A stretch of 64,000 nt of DNA from IMG/VR virus record IMGVR_UViG_3300001460_000016, positions 13,116-77,115 of that record. The stretch is one strand, 5' to 3'. The DNA comes from a virus. Positions 28,297-40,600 of this stretch are shown here, piece by piece (the first letter of the stretch is position 1; every line of letters starts with the position of its first letter). The notes beneath the pieces were generated by a model, which made no database searches, had not been told where the DNA came from, and worked only from the letters and a program-made list of their open reading frames with translations. The translations under genes and the position numbers were made by a program.

Positions 28297-30126
28297 TCAA
28301 GCACCAATTTCTTCAAAGTCTACACCAGTTGGGGTAGCGATAAAGCTCAGAGTAATAAAGTTGATGGAACGAGCTGGTTTGATGTAGATGTCTGCAACAA
28401 ATTCGTTTCTATCAATCACGACTGGTGTGTTGTTTGATTCGTCACAAACAACCTTGAAGTCAAAGATACCTCTTCTTGCTTGAACGTCTCTGAGGAATGG
28501 TTCGACCAAGTTACGGAAGGACGCTCTTGTAAACTCATCGTTGAATTCAAAGAGTGAGAACTTCGCAGCAGTGGCGATTGATTTCTCAAGAACATTGAAC
28601 AGACGACGAACATTGATTCGGTCGAATGCACTTGGTTTCGCAAGCATGGTCTTATCACCAAAGAGGACTACACCTTCTGATTCGAAGGCAACGACTGGGT
28701 TTACTCCCTTGACGTAGAGAGCATCGCGGTCAACCTTGTTGGGACTGTATGCAAGTTTAATTACGTTTCTTAGTCTACCACGGTTAAAACCGGCAGGGGA
28801 GAACCAAGGTTCTGAATCCTGATCAGATGCAACCATGAGACCGGCGATGTCACCGTTTAGTGGGACATATCGGTATACATCGTTGTATGGATCGTAAACT
28901 AGTTTCCATCCACTGTCCATGACAGCGAAGGAAGACTTAGTTGTGACGGCAGCTGCATCGGCGAGAATCGCAGTTGCTTGTCCAGAACTCTTCTCAACAA
29001 CCGCATCGGAATCTGGTGATAGAGTTACGATACAATCCTTTCGGTTTTCTGCAATAGCAACGAGACTGTTCTTTAGTGCGGTATCAGCTGGGCCGGAGAT
29101 AAGGAAGGATACGTCTCTTTCTTCTGCGTTATTGAAGATAGCGTCGTACTGAAGAGTAATTTCACTCGTAACACCGATCTCACCACCAGTGGCAGTACCA
29201 CCTGCGAACTGTTTACCGTTACGGAGTTCACGACTGGCCGTTGCACCGGCTGCGGCACCGGTGGCCGGATCGAAGAACGCACCGAACGAATTACCGGAGT
29301 TACCATTGTAAACTTCGCCAATTGTTTGGTTTAGACCAGTTGGTGTAGTTTGTTCAACTGCCTTTGTAACTACGATATATTCCGAAAGATTGTTGATTCG
29401 GTTGCGATAGTAGTTCGTGGATCCGTCTGGAAGTTTGGCGTCTGTTGCTTTAGAAACAGCTTCATAAATTTCTAGTGGAGTATTCTTTGTTCCAGTAAGT
29501 TTACCGTCGGCATCAAAGACCAGAACGTGAATTTCGTCATTGAAACCGGTTGCAATTCCAGTGGCGTTCTGTGCAGCCTGTGATGTGTCTGGTGTTTCTC
29601 GGAAGTAAGATGCCCATGTTCCGGTAGCTCCCACAATACCCCATCCTGCAAATGTACCACCGTCCGCACCACCGGTTGCTGTTGCGGCACTATCCCAAAC
29701 GGCAACACCGATTGAGTTACCGAGTTTACCGGGATATCTTGCAACGAATGTTCCGGAATTATAGTCTGAACTTTGTATAGCACCAGTTGTCGATGCAAGT
29801 TTATCTGTGAGTGGGAAACATCCAGATACACCAGATGAAACACCATGACCGGCATTTAGTGATCCAGCTGGTTCTGCACGAACGACTTGGAGGTTACTTC
29901 CGTAACGAAGGAAACTCGCGGCGGTCCACCAGTGTGCAGCGTTTGCATCATTTGGTTCGCCGTAGAGTTCTCTCAGTTCGTTCTCAGAAGAAACAGTGGC
30001 CACTTCATTTGCAGGCCCCCATGAGAATAATCCAACGAAACCTGCTGGTGTCGTGGCAATAGTAGGGACGATTGTGGTCAGATCTAATTCTTTTACTTGT
30101 ACGCCGGGACTTACTTGAAAGGCCAT
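28297..30126 (-). CDS. 18: Tail sheath protein gp18
   Basis: SPGVQVKELDLT, PWFSPAGFNRG, FDRINVRRLF, IKPARSINFI. Confidence 0.99.
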   Translation of the reverse strand: MAFQVSPGVQVKELDLTTIVPTIATTPAGFVGLFSWGPANEVATVSSENELRELYGEPNDANAAHWWTAASFLRYGSNLQVVRAEPAGSLNAGHGVSSGVSGCFPLTDKLASTTGAIQSSDYNSGTFVARYPGKLGNSIGVAVWDSAATATGGADGGTFAGWGIVGATGTWASYFRETPDTSQAAQNATGIATGFNDEIHVLVFDADGKLTGTKNTPLEIYEAVSKATDAKLPDGSTNYYRNRINNLSEYIVVTKAVEQTTPTGLNQTIGEVYNGNSGNSFGAFFDPATGAAAGATASRELRNGKQFAGGTATGGEIGVTSEITLQYDAIFNNAEERDVSFLISGPADTALKNSLVAIAENRKDCIVTLSPDSDAVVEKSSGQATAILADAAAVTTKSSFAVMDSGWKLVYDPYNDVYRYVPLNGDIAGLMVASDQDSEPWFSPAGFNRGRLRNVIKLAYSPNKVDRDALYVKGVNPVVAFESEGVVLFGDKTMLAKPSAFDRINVRRLFNVLEKSIATAAKFSLFEFNDEFTRASFRNLVEPFLRDVQARRGIFDFKVVCDESNNTPVVIDRNEFVADIYIKPARSINFITLSFIATPTGVDFEEIGA

Positions 30127-30165
30127 TGTGCTCTCCTTTGTGAGAATATCTCAATATAGTCATGA

Positions 30166-30173
30166 TATTTAGT
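30166..30173 (-). promoter_or_regulatory. Late promoter ACTAAATA (gp18)
   Basis: Intergenic xxTAAATA. Confidence 0.7.
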
Positions 30174-30185
30174 AAAATCAGTTTT

Positions 30186-32240
<2,055 letters not shown>

Positions 32241-32244
<4 letters not shown>

Positions 32245-33146
32245 ACAGTTTCTCCTCCTCCATCTATCACATCACCAGTTCCAGATCCAACCGGGTTATT
32301 AAACTGGTATTCCGTTTGTGTAAACGTATAAGGTGGTATGGCAGATGGATCCGTTTGAGAACCATCAATAAAGATTCCAGTACCACCTGATATTCCAATA
32401 TCAATTCTTGCCACCGCTCCAGTTGCTCCGCAGAGTCCTGCGACCTGTCCTGAAGTCAATCCATCCCCGAGATCAAACAAAGTAGACTTTGTGTATATAA
32501 TTGTTTTGTCTCTTCTGACTGGTCCATAAAGATAACTCTTTACATTAAATGTTAATGTCCAGTTCAGTAATCTTCTAGTTTCCATTTCGCCGAGAAAATC
32601 ATAATCTAGGTTTACGCCTTCTAGAACAATAGGCAAGTCAATCTTGGTATTGATGTCCGATGTTCCGCCCGCCGTCTGAAAAGTTACGTTAAATTCTGGA
32701 GTGAAGTATGGAACAATCTGTTCTACAATCTGTAATCCATCTTCAAACGTAGACGCATAAACACCGAGTTCAAATCCCATGTTATATGGTACTTCGGCAT
32801 ACTGATATGATAATTGTCCTTGCGTATTTTCAATATCCTTTACCCGGCGGCGGTGAATAGTATTCCTCTTTCGACTCGCATCATAATTCAAAGATGTCAT
32901 ATTAAAAGACATTCTAGGTAGAGTCATCTGAACATGAGCGTTTGGATACTCGTCGTCATTCAAACGACTATCTTCTTTGAGTCGTTGAATATATTTTTCC
33001 CTTGCAGCATAAGCGAGTGGGACTTGAATACTTACTCGTTCAGTACCATCGGCGTTTAACTTCTGTACCTTGATATTATCGAACAACGTACCGAAAGCTA
33101 CAACGGTATTTCTTATCGTCTCATGGTAGAAATGTGATTTAAACAT
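32241..33146 (-). CDS. 15: Tail sheath stabiliser / completion protein gp15
   Basis: FYHETIR..VVAFGTLF, VPLAY, LPRMSF, QIVEQIVPYFTP. Confidence 0.95.
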
Positions 33147-33799
33147 CAGTAGTCACCCTCCGAAAATGGATCATTCTCCGAGAAGTCCAGAATAGAATCA
33201 CCCTCAGTCTTGATGTTGGAGTTTGTACCATATCCATCCTGTGGGATAATATCTCCAGAGGCACCAGTGACGCCATCAATCGCATCTTCTAGACCATCGA
33301 TTGCAGACCAACCTGTATCCAGTTTTTCGTGTGAGTAACGGAAGAGTTCGCAGGATAATCTGTATGTGTAGAGTTTGCCTAACTGGTAGAATGGATTTTC
33401 GTGTTCTACAAATTTAATCTCAAAAATATATCGGGACATTGGGAAGTAAATCAAATCACCTTCCTGTGGGTGAATTTGCGTAGAACCAGAACCAACAAAG
33501 TTGTCGCGGAAAACTCTTTTTGCAACCACAAGATCTACGGTATCTTGAATTTCAAAACCGAATTGTGTAATCTGATCTCCACCACCGAACCCATCGATGG
33601 AATCGATATACATTTCCATTTGCATACCATCCGAGAAGATAGAGGCATTGTCTTCGCCAAAGATGGTGTCTTCTCTAACGAGTGTTCGTGGAAGGTATAC
33701 CATATCTCGACCATACATTCGAATGGTTTCGACGGTGAGATCTTCTAGAACACTTGAAGAAGTGTGTGGTTTTTTATTGAAGAACGGATTAGTTCCCAT
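33146..33799 (-). CDS. 14: Neck protein gp14
   Basis: G.DMVYLPR, PQEGDLIYFP, FEIKFVEHE.PFYQLGK, FSENDPF. Confidence 0.95.
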   Translation of the reverse strand: MGTNPFFNKKPHTSSSVLEDLTVETIRMYGRDMVYLPRTLVREDTIFGEDNASIFSDGMQMEMYIDSIDGFGGGDQITQFGFEIQDTVDLVVAKRVFRDNFVGSGSTQIHPQEGDLIYFPMSRYIFEIKFVEHENPFYQLGKLYTYRLSCELFRYSHEKLDTGWSAIDGLEDAIDGVTGASGDIIPQDGYGTNSNIKTEGDSILDFSENDPFSEGDY

Positions 33800-33802
33800 T
33801 TA

Positions 33803-34552
33803 TCATCCCGTCATAAAATCTGGTGGAAGTTCAAACTTGAGAGACATCTCATCTTCGAGTCTTCGAATTTCTTCTTGTGCATCCTGAAACATCTGTTGTC
33901 CGTTGAATTGCACGCCACCGGGCAACTGCATTCCCTCAAACTTCGAAAGATTAGAACCCCACTGTCTTTTGATGAGGGCAGCGGAATATTCTTTCAAGAA
34001 ACGATCATTGTAAAGTTCTTTGTAAGTCTCACCATCAACGGCAACATAACACTCAAACATGAGATAGTCACCTACCGTGACCTCTTCCGACCAGTCCATG
34101 TCGAGATATAATTTATTAGTTACTCGATTAAAACGAATCTTCTTTTCTGGTGTTAGGTAGTCTGAGATCATTTGCATGTGTCTCATTGCTTGATCATAAT
34201 ATTGAATTGTACCACCGTTACGAAGACCATAGAAGTCATTGAATGCCATTTGGTATTTGACACCCATAAAGTTCCCTGCGGCTCCACTTCCGAATTGAAA
34301 AGCACGAACAACGGAAACCACACTCGGATCTACCAGATCCATGTTCAAATAACCATTAGTTATATCATCTGCAACAATTTGATGTTTGAGATATCGAGTT
34401 TCCACTCCATCGAAGTGGTACTCCGTGAAGTGTTCGATAGCATCATCAATTCGATCTTCTACTTGTTGATCATCTACATTAATTTCAACGACTGGATAAC
34501 CTAGCTTTCGCAAGCAGTATTCTTTGAGTTCTTCTCTTGATGTTACGCTCAT
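33803..34552 (-). CDS. 13: Neck protein gp13
   Basis: EYCLRKLGYPVVEINVDD.Q, KRQWGSNLSKFEGMQLPGGV. Confidence 0.96.
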   Translation of the reverse strand: MSVTSREELKEYCLRKLGYPVVEINVDDQQVEDRIDDAIEHFTEYHFDGVETRYLKHQIVADDITNGYLNMDLVDPSVVSVVRAFQFGSGAAGNFMGVKYQMAFNDFYGLRNGGTIQYYDQAMRHMQMISDYLTPEKKIRFNRVTNKLYLDMDWSEEVTVGDYLMFECYVAVDGETYKELYNDRFLKEYSAALIKRQWGSNLSKFEGMQLPGGVQFNGQQMFQDAQEEIRRLEDEMSLKFELPPDFMTG

Positions 34553-34571
34553 CCATGCACCTCCGTTATAC

Positions 34572-34579
34572 TATGTATA
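34572..34579 (-). promoter_or_regulatory. Probable late promoter variant TATACATA (gp13)
   Basis: One mismatch from consensus; intergenic, upstream of a GGAGG RBS. Confidence 0.55.
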
Positions 34580-34588
34580 AACGGAAGA

Positions 34589-34870
34589 CTAACCCGTTTG
34601 GACATTGAAAGAAGATTCTATTATACTATGACCACACAGAGCTTGACTACCTTGTTTGAGAATAGGACTTCCGTTTGCAAGAACTCTTGGATTTCCTGTT
34701 CCGATGAAGGTAGAAGTAATGGTACTTTGACCATGTTGGTGTGGGGTCAAGAAAGAATTACCTTCAGTAGCAATTGATTGACCGTTCACAAAAACATTGG
34801 TAGATCCGGGTTTTGGACCCACCTTTGCTTCTGAATTTGTACCGTCTCCTATTCTTGCGACTCCCGGCAT
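34589..34870 (-). CDS. PAAR-repeat spike tip protein (gp5.4-like)
   Basis: PGVARIGD, GSTNVFVNG, H-x-H, CGH, terminal NV; 93 aa. Confidence 0.8.
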   Translation of the reverse strand: MPGVARIGDGTNSEAKVGPKPGSTNVFVNGQSIATEGNSFLTPHQHGQSTITSTFIGTGNPRVLANGSPILKQGSQALCGHSIIESSFNVQTG

Positions 34871-34873
34871 AGA

Positions 34874-37417
34874 TTATGGTCCCGTATAGACTGGATATCC
34901 ACCATCACCGGAACAGCCGAATGTTCCTGTGTAGTAGACCAAGTGATTCTTCTGTGATCCGGAAACAGTACCGAACCACTTCTTGTGAAGATCTTCCTGT
35001 GCATTGACAAAGATTGAGATCGAAGCATCAATACCACTAATAGGAGTAGTTGGTGGCGATCCGACAGAGGCCTGGGAGCTCGATCCGAACAAGTAACTGT
35101 ACTGATAACCACCACCAAGTCCTGTCGCAGTCACTCCTGATGTACAACCATCGAACGTAGCACCTGATCTTCCGAGTGGGACATTCAAACCAAACCCATA
35201 GTAGAATGTATGTCCACCCGTTCCGTATATTTGAATATAACCTTCAGATGTATTGCCTATAATTCCCTCTGTAGTTAAACCTTGAGGGTTTACACCGCCC
35301 ACACCCTGAGCGGTGGGTTGTCCACTACCAAATCCGGGCGATCCATCACTACCATATGTACCACCGTGGTGAGGAGGTGGTAGGAATTCTGGACATGTTC
35401 CATCTGGACATGGAGCTGATTCGAATGTATATCCAAGTGAACCGGAACTATATGTTGCTCCGAACATTGCATAGAACCAAGAAGGTCCGTCAAGTCCGCC
35501 GGTGAAGTTACCCGTATATCCAAATGACGATGCGTCACTGGGGTTGGCTAGTAAATTAACCGAACCATCCCAGTATACGGCACATGTTGCACCAATTTGT
35601 TGTTCTGCTTGTGGGTTAGACAATGGTCGTAACGAATCTAATTGTGAAGAAGAACTAGCAATAGAAATTGCAATTCTTGGAGCAGATGCCTGTTCAGCAT
35701 TCTGAGCTCTAACTGTGATTGCACCATCAGTGTCAACTGACGTATCTAACGGATGAAGTCCCTTATGACCAACAAAGAAAAGATCAGAACCACTAGATCC
35801 AAATCTACCTTCTGCTGAAGCACCAGAAAGTCCCTGTGTGTACCACAGGTACGGGGGAAGACCAGTTGGAATAGTTTCCATATCTTGCGTGAGTGATGCA
35901 ATTCCTAGGTAAGCAGAAGGTGTAAACGGAGATCCAACCCCAGTGCTTTCTCCCTCGGGGGCTAGTTCAAATCCATTCAGTCCAAACATATCAGAAGAAC
36001 CTTGACTGGTACTAGCATTGGTATGTGTAATAATAATATCATCACCCAATAATCCCTGATCGGTTATACCAACGTCTTTCAGTGGATCTATCACCGAACC
36101 AACACTGAACCAAGCAGCAGGAATAATTTCACTAGCAAGATAATACCAACCGGGAGATAGAGTAAATCCTGATCCTAATCCCAATTCACCATTTGACTCG
36201 GGGTAAAGTGCAACTGGTCCAGTTCTGCCCGGAGTTACCTCTCTAACATAATCACCAGTCCATGATCCATATGAAATACCATCAACATCAAAATTCGAAT
36301 CAGTCACCGAGATAGCAACTCCGCCTGAGTTTAATGCAGATCCCTGTGGTCTGAATAAGTATGCACATGTTGATCCATCAACGAATCCATCAAAGTTTGT
36401 GGATTCACTGGATGGAGTTCCCACTGGAAAACTCTGCATTGGAATCATACCAAACCAACCGTAGGTTCCCCTTCTCTTCGAAAGGTTACCCGCAGTTGCG
36501 GTTGCCCCTCCAGTATAACCAGAAATGTACATGAGATACTTATCTACTGTGCAATAATTAGCAACATAGATTGGTTGAAGTTTTGTTGTTGGGAAATACT
36601 TCATACGGTTCCAGTAGAATCCGGGAGGTCCGTCTAGTGTTTCTCCAGTACAAGAACCAGTTGTGAAGTAATTGGATTCAAATGGTCTTGTAGATTCTAA
36701 GAAGTTTAGTACTTTTATACCAGCTGTCAACCCGTCGTCATAACCCTGTGTATATCCATCCATCTGTAGGGCAACTGAGTATAATCCCTTGGCACCCTCC
36801 TGAGAGACGCCGGGCCCTGTGTGAACCTCTGAGAGATAATAGTTAGTTGACCAACGAGGATATAAGTCTCTAGCGAGATTATCTTGAGAAATACCAATAC
36901 CGAAAATTAAGTCTCCGGTTCCTGCTTCAAATCCACCAATTTGACCGGGATGCGATCTCGAAAGACTGGTAATGTCAGACCATTCTGTATCTCGATCAGT
37001 GTTTGAGGCTTTGATTAGTGCATAACCAACATTTCCGCCGGTTGGAACTCCTTCACCCGCTGGACCTGAAGCTCCTGTATGACCAGTTGATCCTGCTGGA
37101 CCTACCGCTCCGGTTGTTCCAGTTGGACCCATAACATAACCAGCACTTATACCTAGACCACTATCAAGAGTAAGAACGAGATATCCATCTATTAGAGCTG
37201 CACCGGCAACAGCATCTCCGGTAGGACCGACTGCGGATCCGGCATCAAATATACTACCGTCGATTAATGTAATAATTAAATTATCACCAGAAAGACCAGC
37301 AGCTGAAACACCCTGTCCAGAGACAGAGTTTAGTTGTGCAATAATATCATTGGTCTTCGTGAACCAACCATAAAAGGTTTCGGTGATCCCTAAGTTAGAT
37401 AGTGTGTATCCGGGCAT
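34874..37417 (-). CDS. Putative tail fibre/whisker protein with a short collagen-like segment
   Basis: N-terminal TFYGWFTKTNDII virion-anchor-like motif; GPTGTTGAVGPAGSTGHTGASGPAG; Gly/Ser/Thr-rich; occupies the gp12/wac region. Confidence 0.65.
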   Translation of the reverse strand: MPGYTLSNLGITETFYGWFTKTNDIIAQLNSVSGQGVSAAGLSGDNLIITLIDGSIFDAGSAVGPTGDAVAGAALIDGYLVLTLDSGLGISAGYVMGPTGTTGAVGPAGSTGHTGASGPAGEGVPTGGNVGYALIKASNTDRDTEWSDITSLSRSHPGQIGGFEAGTGDLIFGIGISQDNLARDLYPRWSTNYYLSEVHTGPGVSQEGAKGLYSVALQMDGYTQGYDDGLTAGIKVLNFLESTRPFESNYFTTGSCTGETLDGPPGFYWNRMKYFPTTKLQPIYVANYCTVDKYLMYISGYTGGATATAGNLSKRRGTYGWFGMIPMQSFPVGTPSSESTNFDGFVDGSTCAYLFRPQGSALNSGGVAISVTDSNFDVDGISYGSWTGDYVREVTPGRTGPVALYPESNGELGLGSGFTLSPGWYYLASEIIPAAWFSVGSVIDPLKDVGITDQGLLGDDIIITHTNASTSQGSSDMFGLNGFELAPEGESTGVGSPFTPSAYLGIASLTQDMETIPTGLPPYLWYTQGLSGASAEGRFGSSGSDLFFVGHKGLHPLDTSVDTDGAITVRAQNAEQASAPRIAISIASSSSQLDSLRPLSNPQAEQQIGATCAVYWDGSVNLLANPSDASSFGYTGNFTGGLDGPSWFYAMFGATYSSGSLGYTFESAPCPDGTCPEFLPPPHHGGTYGSDGSPGFGSGQPTAQGVGGVNPQGLTTEGIIGNTSEGYIQIYGTGGHTFYYGFGLNVPLGRSGATFDGCTSGVTATGLGGGYQYSYLFGSSSQASVGSPPTTPISGIDASISIFVNAQEDLHKKWFGTVSGSQKNHLVYYTGTFGCSGDGGYPVYTGP

Positions 37418-37641
37418 TAATTATTTCCTCTAGTCAGTAATGTCTGTAACATGGATTTGATTTCACTCATTTCATGTTGCAAAGAATTTTGTTGCTCTTG
37501 TAGTTTTGTAATCTGATCTTTATCTTCACTTTTTTGCTTGTAAGCAAGAAGCGCTTCTTTATTTTGAGAAAGAACTGCGCCAGATTTTAGATCTCTGACC
37601 AAATCTTTTCTACCTTCAATATTTAGGAATCCTGAACTCAT
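37417..37641 (-). CDS. Small coiled-coil hypothetical protein
   Basis: DLVRD..SGAVL...EMSEIKSMLQTL, of the type that follows DUF4815 genes in T4-like phages. Confidence 0.75.
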   Translation of the reverse strand: MSSGFLNIEGRKDLVRDLKSGAVLSQNKEALLAYKQKSEDKDQITKLQEQQNSLQHEMSEIKSMLQTLLTRGNN

Positions 37642-40600
37642 GCGAGGGCAATCGTCCTTAAGTCTTTAACTCTTGGAACAACCGCAGTATTTAGTGGAGC
37701 TCCGTCGGCGTACATACAAACCTTGATTGTAAATTTACCCATTGCTTCCGTTAGGTCTGTGGGTAAGTTATACTCTACTTCTCTAAATCCATCAAATGTT
37801 CCTGTTGTTGATGCAGTCAACTGAACGTATGGTTCATTCTCGAACGGTGCATCTTCGCCCGCTGGTTGTTGTTTCAGAAACACCTGTATATCAGTGTTTT
37901 GTGGTTTATACTCGTTCAAGATTACTCTGATATTCTTAGACTCAAACCCGTCCGCGAGGTTTACCTGTCGTGAGATATAACGAGCTCTTGGAACTGATCC
38001 AGTTGAAACTGGTTTTGCCTGTGGATCTAGTTCACCATTGTTGTTGGACCCACCCGGCGTTAAGTCCTTGGCACCTTCAATAATGTTCTCAACTGATATA
38101 AGACTTATCTGATCCAGATCAAATACCGGCGACACATGATCATCTGTTCCAGAAATCGTAGCGTTTAGAATCAATGTTTCGTTCGTGTCAGATGCGTTAA
38201 GATTAATCTTACGAGAACTATCGAACGAGAATGATTCGTTCGTCGTTACTGCAAATTCTGTACTCGTTGCTGAGACATTTGATGGATTGTTTGGTGTAAA
38301 TCTCATCTTAATATCGAAACGACTTTCAGGCCAGTTTGTAACTTCAGCGTTCAAGTTACCCGTGTCGAGTTTAATTTCATCTGTGTAACCGCCAGAACCT
38401 TTTTCTTCCTTCAGGGTAAGAACATTCAAACCACCGGAAGTAAACTTACACTTACTTACCTGCATCATGAGATCCGCAGTCGTATCTGCTTCCCACTTAC
38501 CAGCATTTTCAGATCGGAAAAGTGATCCGAGATTTGGTTGTTCTGTAACAGGAATCTCGGTTCCAATCTGCTTGTCACCCATGACTGCAATGTATGTGGA
38601 GTATTCGTCACTGTTTGTCTTGAGCGATACAGCATGTTCACCGGGTAGTAGATATACTGGCGAAGAGAATGTGAATGTAGTGGCAGAACCAACACTCGCA
38701 ACATCTGGACTTTCAGTAATGTTTACTTCAGATGCGTTCTTAACCACTTCCGCAAACGGGTACACTATAGAAGAACTTGGGTATCCATTTGAAGTTGGTC
38801 GAAGTTGAAGAGTAACTGGTAGTGTGCTTGATTTACTCTTGAAGTAAATGCTTACCTTATCAACATAAACACCGTTAGGGTATTCTGATGGTGATACGAA
38901 GAATGTCTGTGATACTGGATTAGTTGGTGAACTTTCATTCACGAAGAGATCCGTGTCCGTATCAGTTATGATTCTTTCCTCATTTACACTCTTGCGAATT
39001 AGATTTGGTTTACGAGTTGTGATTGTAATATCTTCTCTCGTATCAACTAATCCCTCTACAGGATATATCATTTCCGCACTTGTGTTCGCGGCAGAAACAA
39101 CATTAGTTGCACTATCCGTGAGTCGGAATAGTTTCTCACCAACTCGGAATTGTCCAGTTGGAATGTTGAATGTCAAACTAACACTAGAAGGAATCGAACC
39201 GGTAGAATCTGTAATTAAATCAGCTTCGGTTAATCTGTAAGTATTACTACCACTTATGAATGTGCAGTGTTCGTCTACATTCGCTCCATCGAAGAATGCG
39301 TGAACCTTTGTATTTGGTCGAAGATTTGTAGCAGTGATTGCAATACTTTTCGATCTAACGAAAGGTACTACACTGAGATCTACGAACATACTTCCAATTT
39401 CTTTTACGATTCTTTCTGGAACCATTCGAGTTTCAATTCCAGTGCGAAGTTGCCTACTGGAGGTAACATCAGTTGTTCTTGAAATTCCCTTTGCATTCTT
39501 ATTCAGAATTGTATCGGACATTGACTCGGAACCAACCCAGTTCGTCTTCCAATCATTCCACTGAGTTCCAAATGCTTTTGATCCAAGAACCTTCCACGCA
39601 TCGTTTTCGCCTTCTATATTCACAAGAACATCTGGGTTCTGTGTGTCATCGTACCAGTTGTCTGATGGCGGAGTCAATTTAGCTCGACCTAACCAGTTTG
39701 TAACGGTAAACGGATTGAGATTTACTGTTGATGTGGACAATGGTTGAGTATTGAGTGATTCACTGGTAAATGGTAACATAACCAGATTATCTGATGTCTT
39801 ATGAAGACTGTTAAGTGTCTTCACATTAAAATCAACACTGCGTGAAGTAAATGGTGATCTTAGTTCTTGGTTCTCAAAGTCCATTGCAACATTATAATCT
39901 TCGTTCTTTACATCACCGATATTGTGACCAGAGAATTGATCAACAATGATACCGTTCTTGAATCTATCATTGCCATTTTCATCTTTGATAAACAGGGATT
40001 CTGTTTGTCTTTCGAGAAGAGAAAGTGTACTGTAGTATTCAATCTGTTGAATTCTTCGTTCAAGTCTACCAATATCTCGCATGGTAAATCTCTTGTTCTC
40101 GATGAATTTGGAGATTACATCTGTTGATTTGTATGTGTAGGCAGGAATATAGAACTTATAAAGTTCCATTGCATCGACAACCTTATCTGGGGTTGTGGGT
40201 TCTAGTGCGGGAACACCTTGAATTACCTTGAATTCTTTGTCTCTTGTAAGAACGAGTTTATCGATTCTTGGAAGGAAGTAAGAATATGAGATATTAAACG
40301 ACTGTCCACTTGCAGGTAAGAACACTGCATCGAAACTAGTTCCATTAAACGTCGGACGGAAATCAATAACCTTATTTAGATTAATCACTTCGCCACTATC
40401 GGGTGATGTGTATTCTGGAATGTCATCGAATGTGAATTTAATTTCACCGGAAGCAGGAGAGTCGTTGATGTATGATTCGGAAACGAATGGTCCAATACCA
40501 CTATGTTCGAAATACCTATACACTACACTAATAGGACCGGCGAGGTTTGCCTTTTTATCTTTAACATCCGCAACAGTTCCAGCTGATTCTAAACCATTAT

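Noticed and set aside
37050-37130. Periodic GC-rich repeat
   Set aside because: Collagen-like Gly-X-Y coding in the fibre gene
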